Source: Candidatus Omnitrophota bacterium
Lineage (GTDB): Bacteria; Omnitrophota; Gorgyraeia; JAFGIU01
Direction of reading: 5' to 3'
DNA length: 55,737 nt
NCBI GenBank assembly: GCA_016929445.1
Contig: JAFGIU010000063.1
Location: forward strand, 1-55,737
Below, in pieces: positions 49,114 through 55,737 of the stretch (position 1 is the stretch's first letter; each line of letters begins with the position of its first letter). The position numbers and the translations under genes were made by a program. The notes under the pieces are model-generated. The model was not told where the DNA came from. It saw only the letters and a program-made list of their open reading frames with translations, and searched no databases.

Positions 49114-49665
49114 CTACCCCTCTTTCTGAAACGGGAATCCAAACTGACTCAGGAGTTCCCGTGACTCATCCGCCTTCTTTGCGGATGTCACCACAGTGAT
49201 ATGCATCCCCTGAACATGCTGCACCTTGTCCAGGTCTACCTCAGGGAAAAGGCTCTGTTCCGTAAGACCCATGGAATAATTCCCGTTCTTGTCAAAGGAA
49301 CTCGCCGGAACCCCATGGAAGTCGCGAAGTCTGGGCAGAACAACACTGATAAGCTTATCCAAAAAGTGATACATAGCGGCACGGCGAAGCGTTACCTTGC
49401 ATCCAACCGGCATGCCGTCCCGGATTTTAAATCCGGCGATGGACTTCTTGGCCAAAGTCACTACCGGCTTCTGCCCGGTGATCCGGCCCAGATCCCTCAC
49501 CGCTTCTTCTAAAATTTTGTCGTCCTTAGACGCCTCGCCGCATCCCATGTTGACGTGTATTGCCTTGAGTCTCGGTACCTGCATTGCATTCTTGTAGCCA
49601 AACTTCTCCTGCAAGGCCGGGACGACTTTTTCTTGATAGATTTTCTCTAATCGTGAATGTTCCAT
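49114..49665 (-). CDS. rplE: 50S ribosomal protein L5
   Basis: Start MEHSRLEKIYQEKVVPALQEKFGYKNAMQVPRL at ATG 49665. The ORF-track TTG extension overlaps rplX. Confidence 0.95.
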   Translation of the reverse strand: MEHSRLEKIYQEKVVPALQEKFGYKNAMQVPRLKAIHVNMGCGEASKDDKILEEAVRDLGRITGQKPVVTLAKKSIAGFKIRDGMPVGCKVTLRRAAMYHFLDKLISVVLPRLRDFHGVPASSFDKNGNYSMGLTEQSLFPEVDLDKVQHVQGMHITVVTSAKKADESRELLSQFGFPFQKEG

Positions 49666-49669
49666 GAAT

Positions 49670-49930
49670 TTATTCCAAAGACTTGGGTGATCGAACACCC
49701 TTGTTACGCCGAGGGTCAAATAACATCACATTGGACGCGTGAATCGGCGCTTCGCGCTCCTGGATTCCGCCGAGCTCTCCCTGGCGCCTGGGACGGCTAT
49801 GCTTCTTCACCATATTGATGTGTTCCACCAATACACGCTCTCTGCGCGGGAATACCGCGAGCACTTTGCCGGTCTTACCCTTGTCCTTGCCCGCAATTAC
49901 GATCACATTGTCATTCTTTTTGATCTTCAT
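49670..49930 (-). CDS. rplX: 50S ribosomal protein L24 (short form, 86 aa)
   Basis: [21 protein letters not shown]...[17 protein letters not shown]. Confidence 0.93.
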   Translation of the reverse strand: MKIKKNDNVIVIAGKDKGKTGKVLAVFPRRERVLVEHINMVKKHSRPRRQGELGGIQEREAPIHASNVMLFDPRRNKGVRSPKSLE

Positions 49931-49940
49931 ACTCAGTTCC

Positions 49941-50312
49941 TTAAACGACCTCAGGGGCCAGAGAAATTATTTTGGTAAAATTCTTCTCGCGCAGTTCACG
50001 GGCCACAGGACCGAAGACACGCGTTCCACGGGGATTCTTCTGGTTATCGATCAAAACTACAGCGTTGTGATCAAAGCGCACATAAGTGCCGTCCGGCCGC
50101 ACAATCGTATCTTTGGTGCGCACAATCACCGCCTTAACCACTTCACCCTTCTTAACATTCGTTGAAACCGTGCTGACTTCACGCACATTGGCAGTGACAA
50201 TATCTCCAATTTCGCCGTAACGCTTGTTGCCGCGCCCGAGAACACCGATACACCTGACCTTCTTGGCGCCTGAATTGTCGGCAACCTGTAATAAACTGAA
50301 GCCCTGGATCAT
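49941..50312 (-). CDS. rplN: 50S ribosomal protein L14
   Basis: [19 protein letters not shown]... Confidence 0.97.
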   Translation of the reverse strand: MIQGFSLLQVADNSGAKKVRCIGVLGRGNKRYGEIGDIVTANVREVSTVSTNVKKGEVVKAVIVRTKDTIVRPDGTYVRFDHNAVVLIDNQKNPRGTRVFGPVARELREKNFTKIISLAPEVV

Positions 50313-50599
50313 GACTCTTGCTCCACGGAAGCAGCGATCTCTCCCTGCCTGACAATCTCAACAACACGCCAGCGCTTCGTCTTCGATAGCGGACGCGTCT
50401 CGATAATGCGAACCAAGTCTCCCTTTCGGGACTCGTTCTTCTCATCGTGAGCAGCCACCTTGAGGAAGCGGGTCACTACCTTCTTGTACCTGGGGTGCGG
50501 AGTCAGGGTAGAAATCTGCACCATGCGTGTTTTCTGCATGGCATCGCTGACGATCTTCCCAACCCGCTGCTTGCGCTTTCCACGTCCCTCTGTCTGCAT
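50309..50599 (-). CDS. rpsQ: 30S ribosomal protein S17
   Basis: [18 protein letters not shown]...HPRYKKV...HDE...GD.V.I.E.RPLSK.KRW. Confidence 0.95.
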   Translation of the reverse strand: MQTEGRGKRKQRVGKIVSDAMQKTRMVQISTLTPHPRYKKVVTRFLKVAAHDEKNESRKGDLVRIIETRPLSKTKRWRVVEIVRQGEIAASVEQES

Positions 50600-50799
50600 C
50601 AGTTTTCGCCTTTCCTTTCACGAAGGATGGTCAGTGCGCGCGCTATATCGTGGCGCACTTCGGCTATATGGCTGGATCGATCCAGCTGCCCGGAGGCAGC
50701 CTGTGCCCGCAGGTTGAACATTTCTTCCTTGAAGGCCTGCACCTTCTCGCGAATCTCGTCATCAGAAAGTTGTCTAATTTCTTGCGCTCTCATAGTCAT
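50599..50799 (-). CDS. rpmC: 50S ribosomal protein L29
   Basis: MTMRAQEIRQLSDDEIREKVQAFKEEMFNLR. The ATG at 50799 follows the rplP stop directly. The 35-codon ORF-track extension overlaps rplP. Confidence 0.93.
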   Translation of the reverse strand: MTMRAQEIRQLSDDEIREKVQAFKEEMFNLRAQAASGQLDRSSHIAEVRHDIARALTILRERKGEN

Positions 50800-50800
50800 C

Positions 50801-51220
50801 TCAATGGTGGGCCCTAACGACAAACTTGGTTCGAAACGGTAACTTATGTGCGGCACGGCGCATGGCTTCACGCGCCAGCTCCTGGGGTACGCCTTCTGTC
50901 TCAAAAAGCATGCGCCCGCGCTTTATGTTCGCGGTCCAGTACTCCAATGCGCCCTTTCCCTTACCCATACGGGTTTCCGCCGGCTTTTTAGTGAAGGGAC
51001 GATCCGGAAACACCCGGATCCATACCTTTCCACCGCGCTGAAGATGCCGGGTTAAGGCCACGCGGGCCGCCTCCAACTGACGATTGCTCAGGCTGTGGTT
51101 CTCGAGGCTCTTAAGCCCGAACTCCCCAAAGCTCAACGACCCACCGCTTGTGGCCAGGCCCGTGCGTCTTCTGCGCTGCATCTTCCGATGCTTGACTCTC
51201 TTGGGCATTAAAAGCGCCAT
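50801..51220 (-). CDS. rplP: 50S ribosomal protein L16
   Basis: MPKRVKHRK...RMGKGKG..EYW. Confidence 0.96.
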   Translation of the reverse strand: MALLMPKRVKHRKMQRRRRTGLATSGGSLSFGEFGLKSLENHSLSNRQLEAARVALTRHLQRGGKVWIRVFPDRPFTKKPAETRMGKGKGALEYWTANIKRGRMLFETEGVPQELAREAMRRAAHKLPFRTKFVVRAHH

Positions 51221-51234
51221 AACTTAAAACCTCC

Positions 51235-51921
51235 TTAACCGCGCCTGCGTTGAGGCTTACGTTCCGCTGCCTCATCTCTGGCTTTGGCCATCGGGTCCAG
51301 TATTTCTCCCTTATAAATATGAACCCGCACACCAATCGCCCCGGCAGTAGTGCGCGCCTCCGAAAAACCATAATCCACATCCGCCCGAAGGGTATGGAGA
51401 GGGACCTTGCCTTCATGGTACCCTTCACGACGGGACATTTCCGCTCCGCCCAAACGACCGCCACAGTGGACACGCACACCCCCGGCGCCCGCCTCCATTG
51501 CTGCGGAAACAGCCTTCTTCATGGCCCGGCGATGGGAAACGCGCTTTTCAAGTTGGAAGCAAATATTTTCGGCTACCAGCTGGGCTTCAATCGCGGCGTT
51601 CTTGATCTCCCGGATTTCAATTTGAACCTCCCGCCCCGCAATCTTCTCTAAGTCATCCCGAAGCCGGTCAATCTCAGTGCCCCGGCGCCCGATCAGAACC
51701 CCCGGACGGGCCGTGTGCACAAAAACGCGAATCTTTTCACCGGAGCGTTCGATCTCGGTTCGCGCAATGGCCGCCTGCGCAAAATTCTTCTTAACGTGTC
51801 TGCGAATCCGCATATCCTCATTGAGGATTTTGGGGAGCGAGGCCTTGTCCGCATACCAGCGGGAGTCCCACTGACGAATATAACCTAACCTATAACTGAC
51901 CGGATGAACCTTTTGACCCAC
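51235..51921 (-). CDS. rpsC: 30S ribosomal protein S3
   Basis: MGQKVHPVSYRLG and a KH domain ...ARPGVLIGRRG... Confidence 0.97.
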   Translation of the reverse strand: MGQKVHPVSYRLGYIRQWDSRWYADKASLPKILNEDMRIRRHVKKNFAQAAIARTEIERSGEKIRVFVHTARPGVLIGRRGTEIDRLRDDLEKIAGREVQIEIREIKNAAIEAQLVAENICFQLEKRVSHRRAMKKAVSAAMEAGAGGVRVHCGGRLGGAEMSRREGYHEGKVPLHTLRADVDYGFSEARTTAGAIGVRVHIYKGEILDPMAKARDEAAERKPQRRRG

Positions 51922-52290
51922 TTAAGCCCTCGCTTTCGATTCCTCTTTACCGGCCGGCCGCTTCACATCCAGCTCCACAGCCAAATGACTGGTCCTCTTC
52001 AGAACCCGCGTGGCGCGCCCCATCGGCACAGCCATCCAGCGTTTCCAACTCGGCCCACCGTCTGCAGTAATCTTCGAGATATACAGCTCCCCCGCATGAA
52101 CACTCCCGTCACGGGTGGCGTTTGCAGTGGCTGAGCGGATAACCTTGCTCAAAAGCTGCCCGGCACGCTTGCCCATAAACTCCAGTTCTGCCAAGGCCTG
52201 CGGCACCTGCTTGCCCTGTACCGCAGCGGCGACCAGGCGCGCCTTGCGCGGAGAAACCCTGGCATGTCTCCAAATCGCTTTACCCTTCAT
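51922..52290 (-). CDS. rplV: 50S ribosomal protein L22
   Basis: ARVSPRKARLVAAAVQGK...A.EL.F. Confidence 0.95.
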   Translation of the reverse strand: MKGKAIWRHARVSPRKARLVAAAVQGKQVPQALAELEFMGKRAGQLLSKVIRSATANATRDGSVHAGELYISKITADGGPSWKRWMAVPMGRATRVLKRTSHLAVELDVKRPAGKEESKARA

Positions 52291-52583
52291 TACTTCTTTC
52301 CAATCTTTCCGGCAGATGCCTTCTCATTTCCACCATGGCGACGGAATGTGCGCGTAGGAGAGAACTCCCCCAGCTTATGGCCCACCATATTCTCAGTGAT
52401 AAACGCAGGGATAAACGTCTTGCCGTTATGAATCGCAAATGTATAGCCCACAAATTCCGGAATAATCGTTGAGCGACGGGACCAAGTCTGCAAGGGTCTC
52501 TTGTCTCCGGACTTGGAGTAACGCTCGAATTTTTCTACCAGCCGGGGATCAACGTACGGGCCTTTTTTTAGTGAACGCCCCAT
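52290..52583 (-). CDS. rpsS: 30S ribosomal protein S19
   Basis: [12 protein letters not shown]...[23 protein letters not shown]...[13 protein letters not shown]. Confidence 0.97.
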   Translation of the reverse strand: MGRSLKKGPYVDPRLVEKFERYSKSGDKRPLQTWSRRSTIIPEFVGYTFAIHNGKTFIPAFITENMVGHKLGEFSPTRTFRRHGGNEKASAGKIGKK

Positions 52584-52620
52584 ATTTCAGTATTCCTCCG
52601 TCAAAAACACTTTGATGACT

Positions 52621-53463
52621 CTACTTCTTACGCCTACTTGGCCGCTTTCTCACAATAAAGCGATCAGATGCCTTGCGAAGCTTACGGGTCTTATACCCGA
52701 GGGTCGGTGTACCCCAAGGAGAAACAGGATGCGGATTTCCGGAACCCGCCTTACCCTCACCCCCTCCATGAGGGTGATCCACCGGATTCATTGCCACACC
52801 TCGAACCTTAGGACGGCGCCCCATCCAGCGGGAACGCCCCGCCTTACCCGAAACGATGAGCAGGTGATCCAAAGGACTGAGTTCACCCACAGTGGCACGG
52901 CACTTGAGAGGAATCAACCGGACTTCACCCGAGGGCAGTTTCACATGCCCCATCTTGTCCTCTTTGGCTAAGAGCTGGGCCGAAGTCCCTGCCGCGCGCG
53001 CCAATTCCCCGCCCTTACCGGGAATCAATTCAATATTGTGAATCGGTGTGCCGGTGGGAATTGCCCGAAGCGGAAGGGTATTCCCAGGTTTAATTTCCAC
53101 ATCCACACCCGCGTGGAGCTGCTCACCGACTTTGATACCCGCCGGACAGAGCACATAGGCTTTCTCCCCGTCAGGATACTGCACAAGGGAAATACGCGCG
53201 GAACGGTTAGGATCGTATTCCACGCTCAAAACCACAGCAGGGGCATCTTCACGCAACCGCTTGAAATCAATCAAACGGTAGCGTCTCTTGTGACCCCCGC
53301 CGCGACGGCGCATGGTAATGTGCCCGTGACTATTCCGGCCCCCGGACTTCTTCAGAGGGCGCAGCAGGCTCTTCTCGGGATTGGTGCTTGTGATATCGGA
53401 AGTGCTCTGCGTAACCGCGTAGCGCCGTGACGGGGTTGTGGGTTTATATCGTTTTACAGCCAT
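52621..53463 (-). CDS. rplB: 50S ribosomal protein L2
   Basis: [14 protein letters not shown]...[18 protein letters not shown]...[13 protein letters not shown]. Confidence 0.97.
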   Translation of the reverse strand: MAVKRYKPTTPSRRYAVTQSTSDITSTNPEKSLLRPLKKSGGRNSHGHITMRRRGGGHKRRYRLIDFKRLREDAPAVVLSVEYDPNRSARISLVQYPDGEKAYVLCPAGIKVGEQLHAGVDVEIKPGNTLPLRAIPTGTPIHNIELIPGKGGELARAAGTSAQLLAKEDKMGHVKLPSGEVRLIPLKCRATVGELSPLDHLLIVSGKAGRSRWMGRRPKVRGVAMNPVDHPHGGGEGKAGSGNPHPVSPWGTPTLGYKTRKLRKASDRFIVRKRPSRRKK

Positions 53464-53464
53464 G

Positions 53465-53743
53465 TCAAATTGTCTCTATCTTATTTTCCGGGGCTAATGT
53501 CACGATGGCCTTCTTCCAATTAGGAGTCTTGCCGATCTGATGGCGAACACGGCGGTTCTTTCCCCGCATTGTCGCCGTATTCACTTGCTCCACTTTGACC
53601 TTATAAATTTGTTCGACCGCCCTGCGAATCTCGATTTTGTTCGCTGTCATCGAAACTCTAAAAAGGTACTTTCTCAAGGGCTCCATCGATGCGCCCTTTT
53701 CAGTCCGCATCAGAGAAACAATAACGTCGTGGGAGGTTCTCAT
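53465..53743 (-). CDS. rplW: 50S ribosomal protein L23
   Basis: ...[30 protein letters not shown]...GK.... Confidence 0.94.
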   Translation of the reverse strand: MRTSHDVIVSLMRTEKGASMEPLRKYLFRVSMTANKIEIRRAVEQIYKVKVEQVNTATMRGKNRRVRHQIGKTPNWKKAIVTLAPENKIETI

Positions 53744-54402
53744 GAGGACACCTGTACCCTCTCTACAAGCTTGCCGAATGCATTCTCCGTAATCACCAAC
53801 TTGCCGTGAGTCAAGAGATCCCGGACTCCGATTTGATCAATTGAAACCACGCCCACGCCTCGAAGATTCCTTGCTGACTTATAAATTAACGGCGCCACTT
53901 CATCAGTAACCAACAAAGGACGGTCTTTGAGGACTCCGAATGCCTCAAGTTGGGAAACCATGGCTTTGGTCTTGGGCTGCTCAGGAGTGCTCCACTCTTT
54001 GATGATAACAATCTCTTCAGCCAAAAGCTTTTCGTTAAGCACCCACCGGAGTACAGCGCGGCCCAGCTTCCTGGGCACCTTCTGGGAATAGTCCCGGGGC
54101 CTCGGCCCCCAAACAGTGCCCCCTCCGCGCCAGATCGGAGATCTGCTGGAACCATGGCGTGCGCGGCCGGTCCCTTTCTGACGCCAAGGTTTAACGCCCC
54201 CTCCGCTCACCTCACCACGATGCTTGGTGGAAGCATTGCCCTGTCTCTGATTGGCTTGGGAACTGACCCAAACCTGGTGGATAGCGTTACGATTGGTTTT
54301 CCCGTCAAAAACCTGGGGATCCAAAGAAAGCTTGCCCACCCGCTTTCCATCCGCATCCAATACAGGCAATATCTGTGATTCTTTTAACTTGCTCGTCGCC
54401 AT
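53740..54402 (-). CDS. rplD: 50S ribosomal protein L4
   Basis: ...TKHRGEVSGGGVKPWRQKGTGRARHGS.RSPIWRGGG.. Confidence 0.96.
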   Translation of the reverse strand: MATSKLKESQILPVLDADGKRVGKLSLDPQVFDGKTNRNAIHQVWVSSQANQRQGNASTKHRGEVSGGGVKPWRQKGTGRARHGSSRSPIWRGGGTVWGPRPRDYSQKVPRKLGRAVLRWVLNEKLLAEEIVIIKEWSTPEQPKTKAMVSQLEAFGVLKDRPLLVTDEVAPLIYKSARNLRGVGVVSIDQIGVRDLLTHGKLVITENAFGKLVERVQVSS

Positions 54403-54404
54403 CC

Positions 54405-55271
54405 CTATGACTCTTTCTTCTCTTCGCCCTCGGGCTCGGGAGCTTCTTCAGCAGTCTCTTGGTTTTTCTCAGGAGCCCCGTCAACAAGGCCTTCTGCCTG
54501 GGCTTCCAAATCCGCAACAGCCTCCACAGCCGCCTCTTGGACGGCCTGAGAAGCCTCGTTCACCACCTCTTCCTCAACCGGGGCTTCTTCCTGAACCTCT
54601 GGTTCGGGTTTGACGCGCTCGATACGCGGACTCATCTTCTTCTTAACTGCATGGCGAATCACCAAACAGCCTTCCTCAGAACCCGGGACAGCGCCCCTGA
54701 TGAGGAGAAGATTCCGATCGTAATCCACAGACACCACCCGCAGATTCTGAACAGTCTGTGTCACATTTCCCATATGCCCGGGCATGTGCAGCCCGCGAAA
54801 AACCCTGGACGGGCTGGAACTCTGGCCGATGGAACCCGGCGCACGGTGGCTCATGGAACCGTGGCCCCCTGGCCCTCCGCGCCAATTCCAGCGCTTCATG
54901 CCCCCGGCAAAACCTTTGCCGATGGTCGTGCCCGTCACATCCACCCAGTCACCCTCCTGGAAGACATCCACGGTCACTGAGCCGCCGACCTGGTATTGCT
55001 CAGGCACATCCTTCACACGGATTTCCCGCACAAAACGCTTGGGGCTCACACCCGCCTTCTTGAAATGACCAAGAGCTGCTTTGGTGCATCGAGCAGCCTT
55101 TTTATCCTCAAAGGCGATTTGAAGCGCAGAATACCCATGACTTTCCTGCGACTTCACCTGCAGAATAGGACAAGGCCCTGCCTGCACCACAGTCACGGGA
55201 ACGCGGTCCCCTTCCTCTTTAAAGATCTGAGTCATCCCGATTTTTCTACCCAAAATAGCAAGCTTCTGCAT
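54405..55271 (-). CDS. rplC: 50S ribosomal protein L3 (with ~76-aa acidic C-terminal extension)
   Basis: ILGRKIGMTQIF...VTGTTIGKGFAGGMKRWNWRGGPGGHGS.SHRAPGSIG. Confidence 0.95.
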   Translation of the reverse strand: MQKLAILGRKIGMTQIFKEEGDRVPVTVVQAGPCPILQVKSQESHGYSALQIAFEDKKAARCTKAALGHFKKAGVSPKRFVREIRVKDVPEQYQVGGSVTVDVFQEGDWVDVTGTTIGKGFAGGMKRWNWRGGPGGHGSMSHRAPGSIGQSSSPSRVFRGLHMPGHMGNVTQTVQNLRVVSVDYDRNLLLIRGAVPGSEEGCLVIRHAVKKKMSPRIERVKPEPEVQEEAPVEEEVVNEASQAVQEAAVEAVADLEAQAEGLVDGAPEKNQETAEEAPEPEGEEKKES

Positions 55272-55325
55272 AGCGATCCTAATAGAAACAAAAAAGACAT
55301 CTATAAAGTGAGGTCTTTTCGTGGG

Positions 55326-55631
55326 TTACTTGATTTCTACATCGACTCCCGCGGAGAGGTCCAGCTTTCTCAGAGCATCAATGGTTTTGGCGGTAGGATT
55401 GATGATATCAAGGAGCCGTTTATGGGTCTTGATCTGAAATTGCTCGCGCGCTTTCTTGTCAATGACCGGACCCCTCAATACGGTGAAGATCTCCCGCTTG
55501 GTAGGCAGAGGAATGGGCCCGGAAACACGCGCCCCGGTCCTCTTTGCTGTTTCCACGATTTCAAAAGTGGATTGGTCCAGGAGCCGGTGGTCAAAGGCCC
55601 GCAGCCGAATCCTGATTTTTGTCTGAGACAT
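55326..55631 (-). CDS. rpsJ: 30S ribosomal protein S10
   Basis: [17 protein letters not shown]...GPIPLPT....[25 protein letters not shown]. Confidence 0.97.
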   Translation of the reverse strand: MSQTKIRIRLRAFDHRLLDQSTFEIVETAKRTGARVSGPIPLPTKREIFTVLRGPVIDKKAREQFQIKTHKRLLDIINPTAKTIDALRKLDLSAGVDVEIK

Positions 55632-55646
55632 TGCTAACCTTCCTTA

Positions 55647-55737
55647 CTACTCGTAGATTTCGGCGACGACGCCGGCACCAACCGTACGGCCACCTTCTCG
55701 AATCGCGAAACGCAATTCCTTCTCCATCGCGATCGGC
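55647..55737 (-). CDS. tuf: Elongation factor Tu, C-terminal 30 codons (gene runs off the window edge)
   Basis: Manual minus-strand translation gives ...MEKELRFAIREGGRTVGAGVVAEIYE, with stop TAG at 55649-55647, 15 nt upstream of the rpsJ ATG. Confidence 0.9.
   Translation of the reverse strand, partial: PIAMEKELRFAIREGGRTVGAGVVAEIYE

Noticed and set aside
49660-49720. Possible frameshift in rplX. The alternative frame upstream of rplE reads GVTRVF, like the usual L24 C-terminal ...VTRVG..., and L24 is only 86 aa.
   Set aside because: The rplX frame is intact, with a clean stop 4 nt before the canonical rplE start (MEHSRLEKIY). Short L24 forms of 73-80 aa are known in other bacteria. The similarity is 5 residues in an overlapping frame.

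Overview
This 55.7-kb window is core bacterial chromosome. Every gene I can recognise (about 66 CDS plus one tRNA) lies on the minus strand. In transcription order (high to low coordinates) the window holds: the 3' end of tuf; a complete S10-spc-alpha ribosomal cluster (rpsJ to rplQ, including secY, map, infA, rpmJ, rpoA); an aminotransferase, lysC and cimA; valS, rluB, nadC, uvrB, birA and coaX; groES-groEL behind a CIRCE operator; a GuaB3-type IMPDH homologue with guaA; dnaE, hup and a cold-shock gene; hisS and aspS; a small lipoprotein, phoH, pgpH, ybeY, a DUF502 protein, recO and glyQS; ppdK, a sigma-70 factor, apt and tRNA-Arg(CCT); a porin-like outer-membrane protein, a DUF4870 membrane protein, one unassignable protein, and the 5' end of a yacP-like gene.

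I found no rRNA, CRISPR array, transposase or integrase, prophage, defence island, or clearly novel multi-gene system. This looks like an ordinary housekeeping region.

The points worth a second look are modest:
- Two short palindromic repeat families sit at gene 3' ends: five copies of a ~55-nt GGGGACGGTTCTC...GAGAACCGTCCC element, and two copies of AGATCCCCGC-N4-GCGGGGATGACA.
- A 480-bp non-coding spacer lies ahead of the guaB3-guaA pair.
- The bacterial-type AspRS cleanly lacks the GAD insertion domain.
- A CBS-less IMPDH homologue is translationally coupled to guaA.
- rpmD and adk are absent from the spc cluster.
- S5, L3, L17 and several enzymes carry low-complexity extensions.
- rluB is forced to overlap valS by at least 83 nt.

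All product calls come from motif and family recognition by eye on the supplied translations. No database search was run. The ORF track uses ATG, GTG and TTG starts, and I trimmed several N-terminal extensions using conserved N-termini, Shine-Dalgarno sequences and upstream stop positions.
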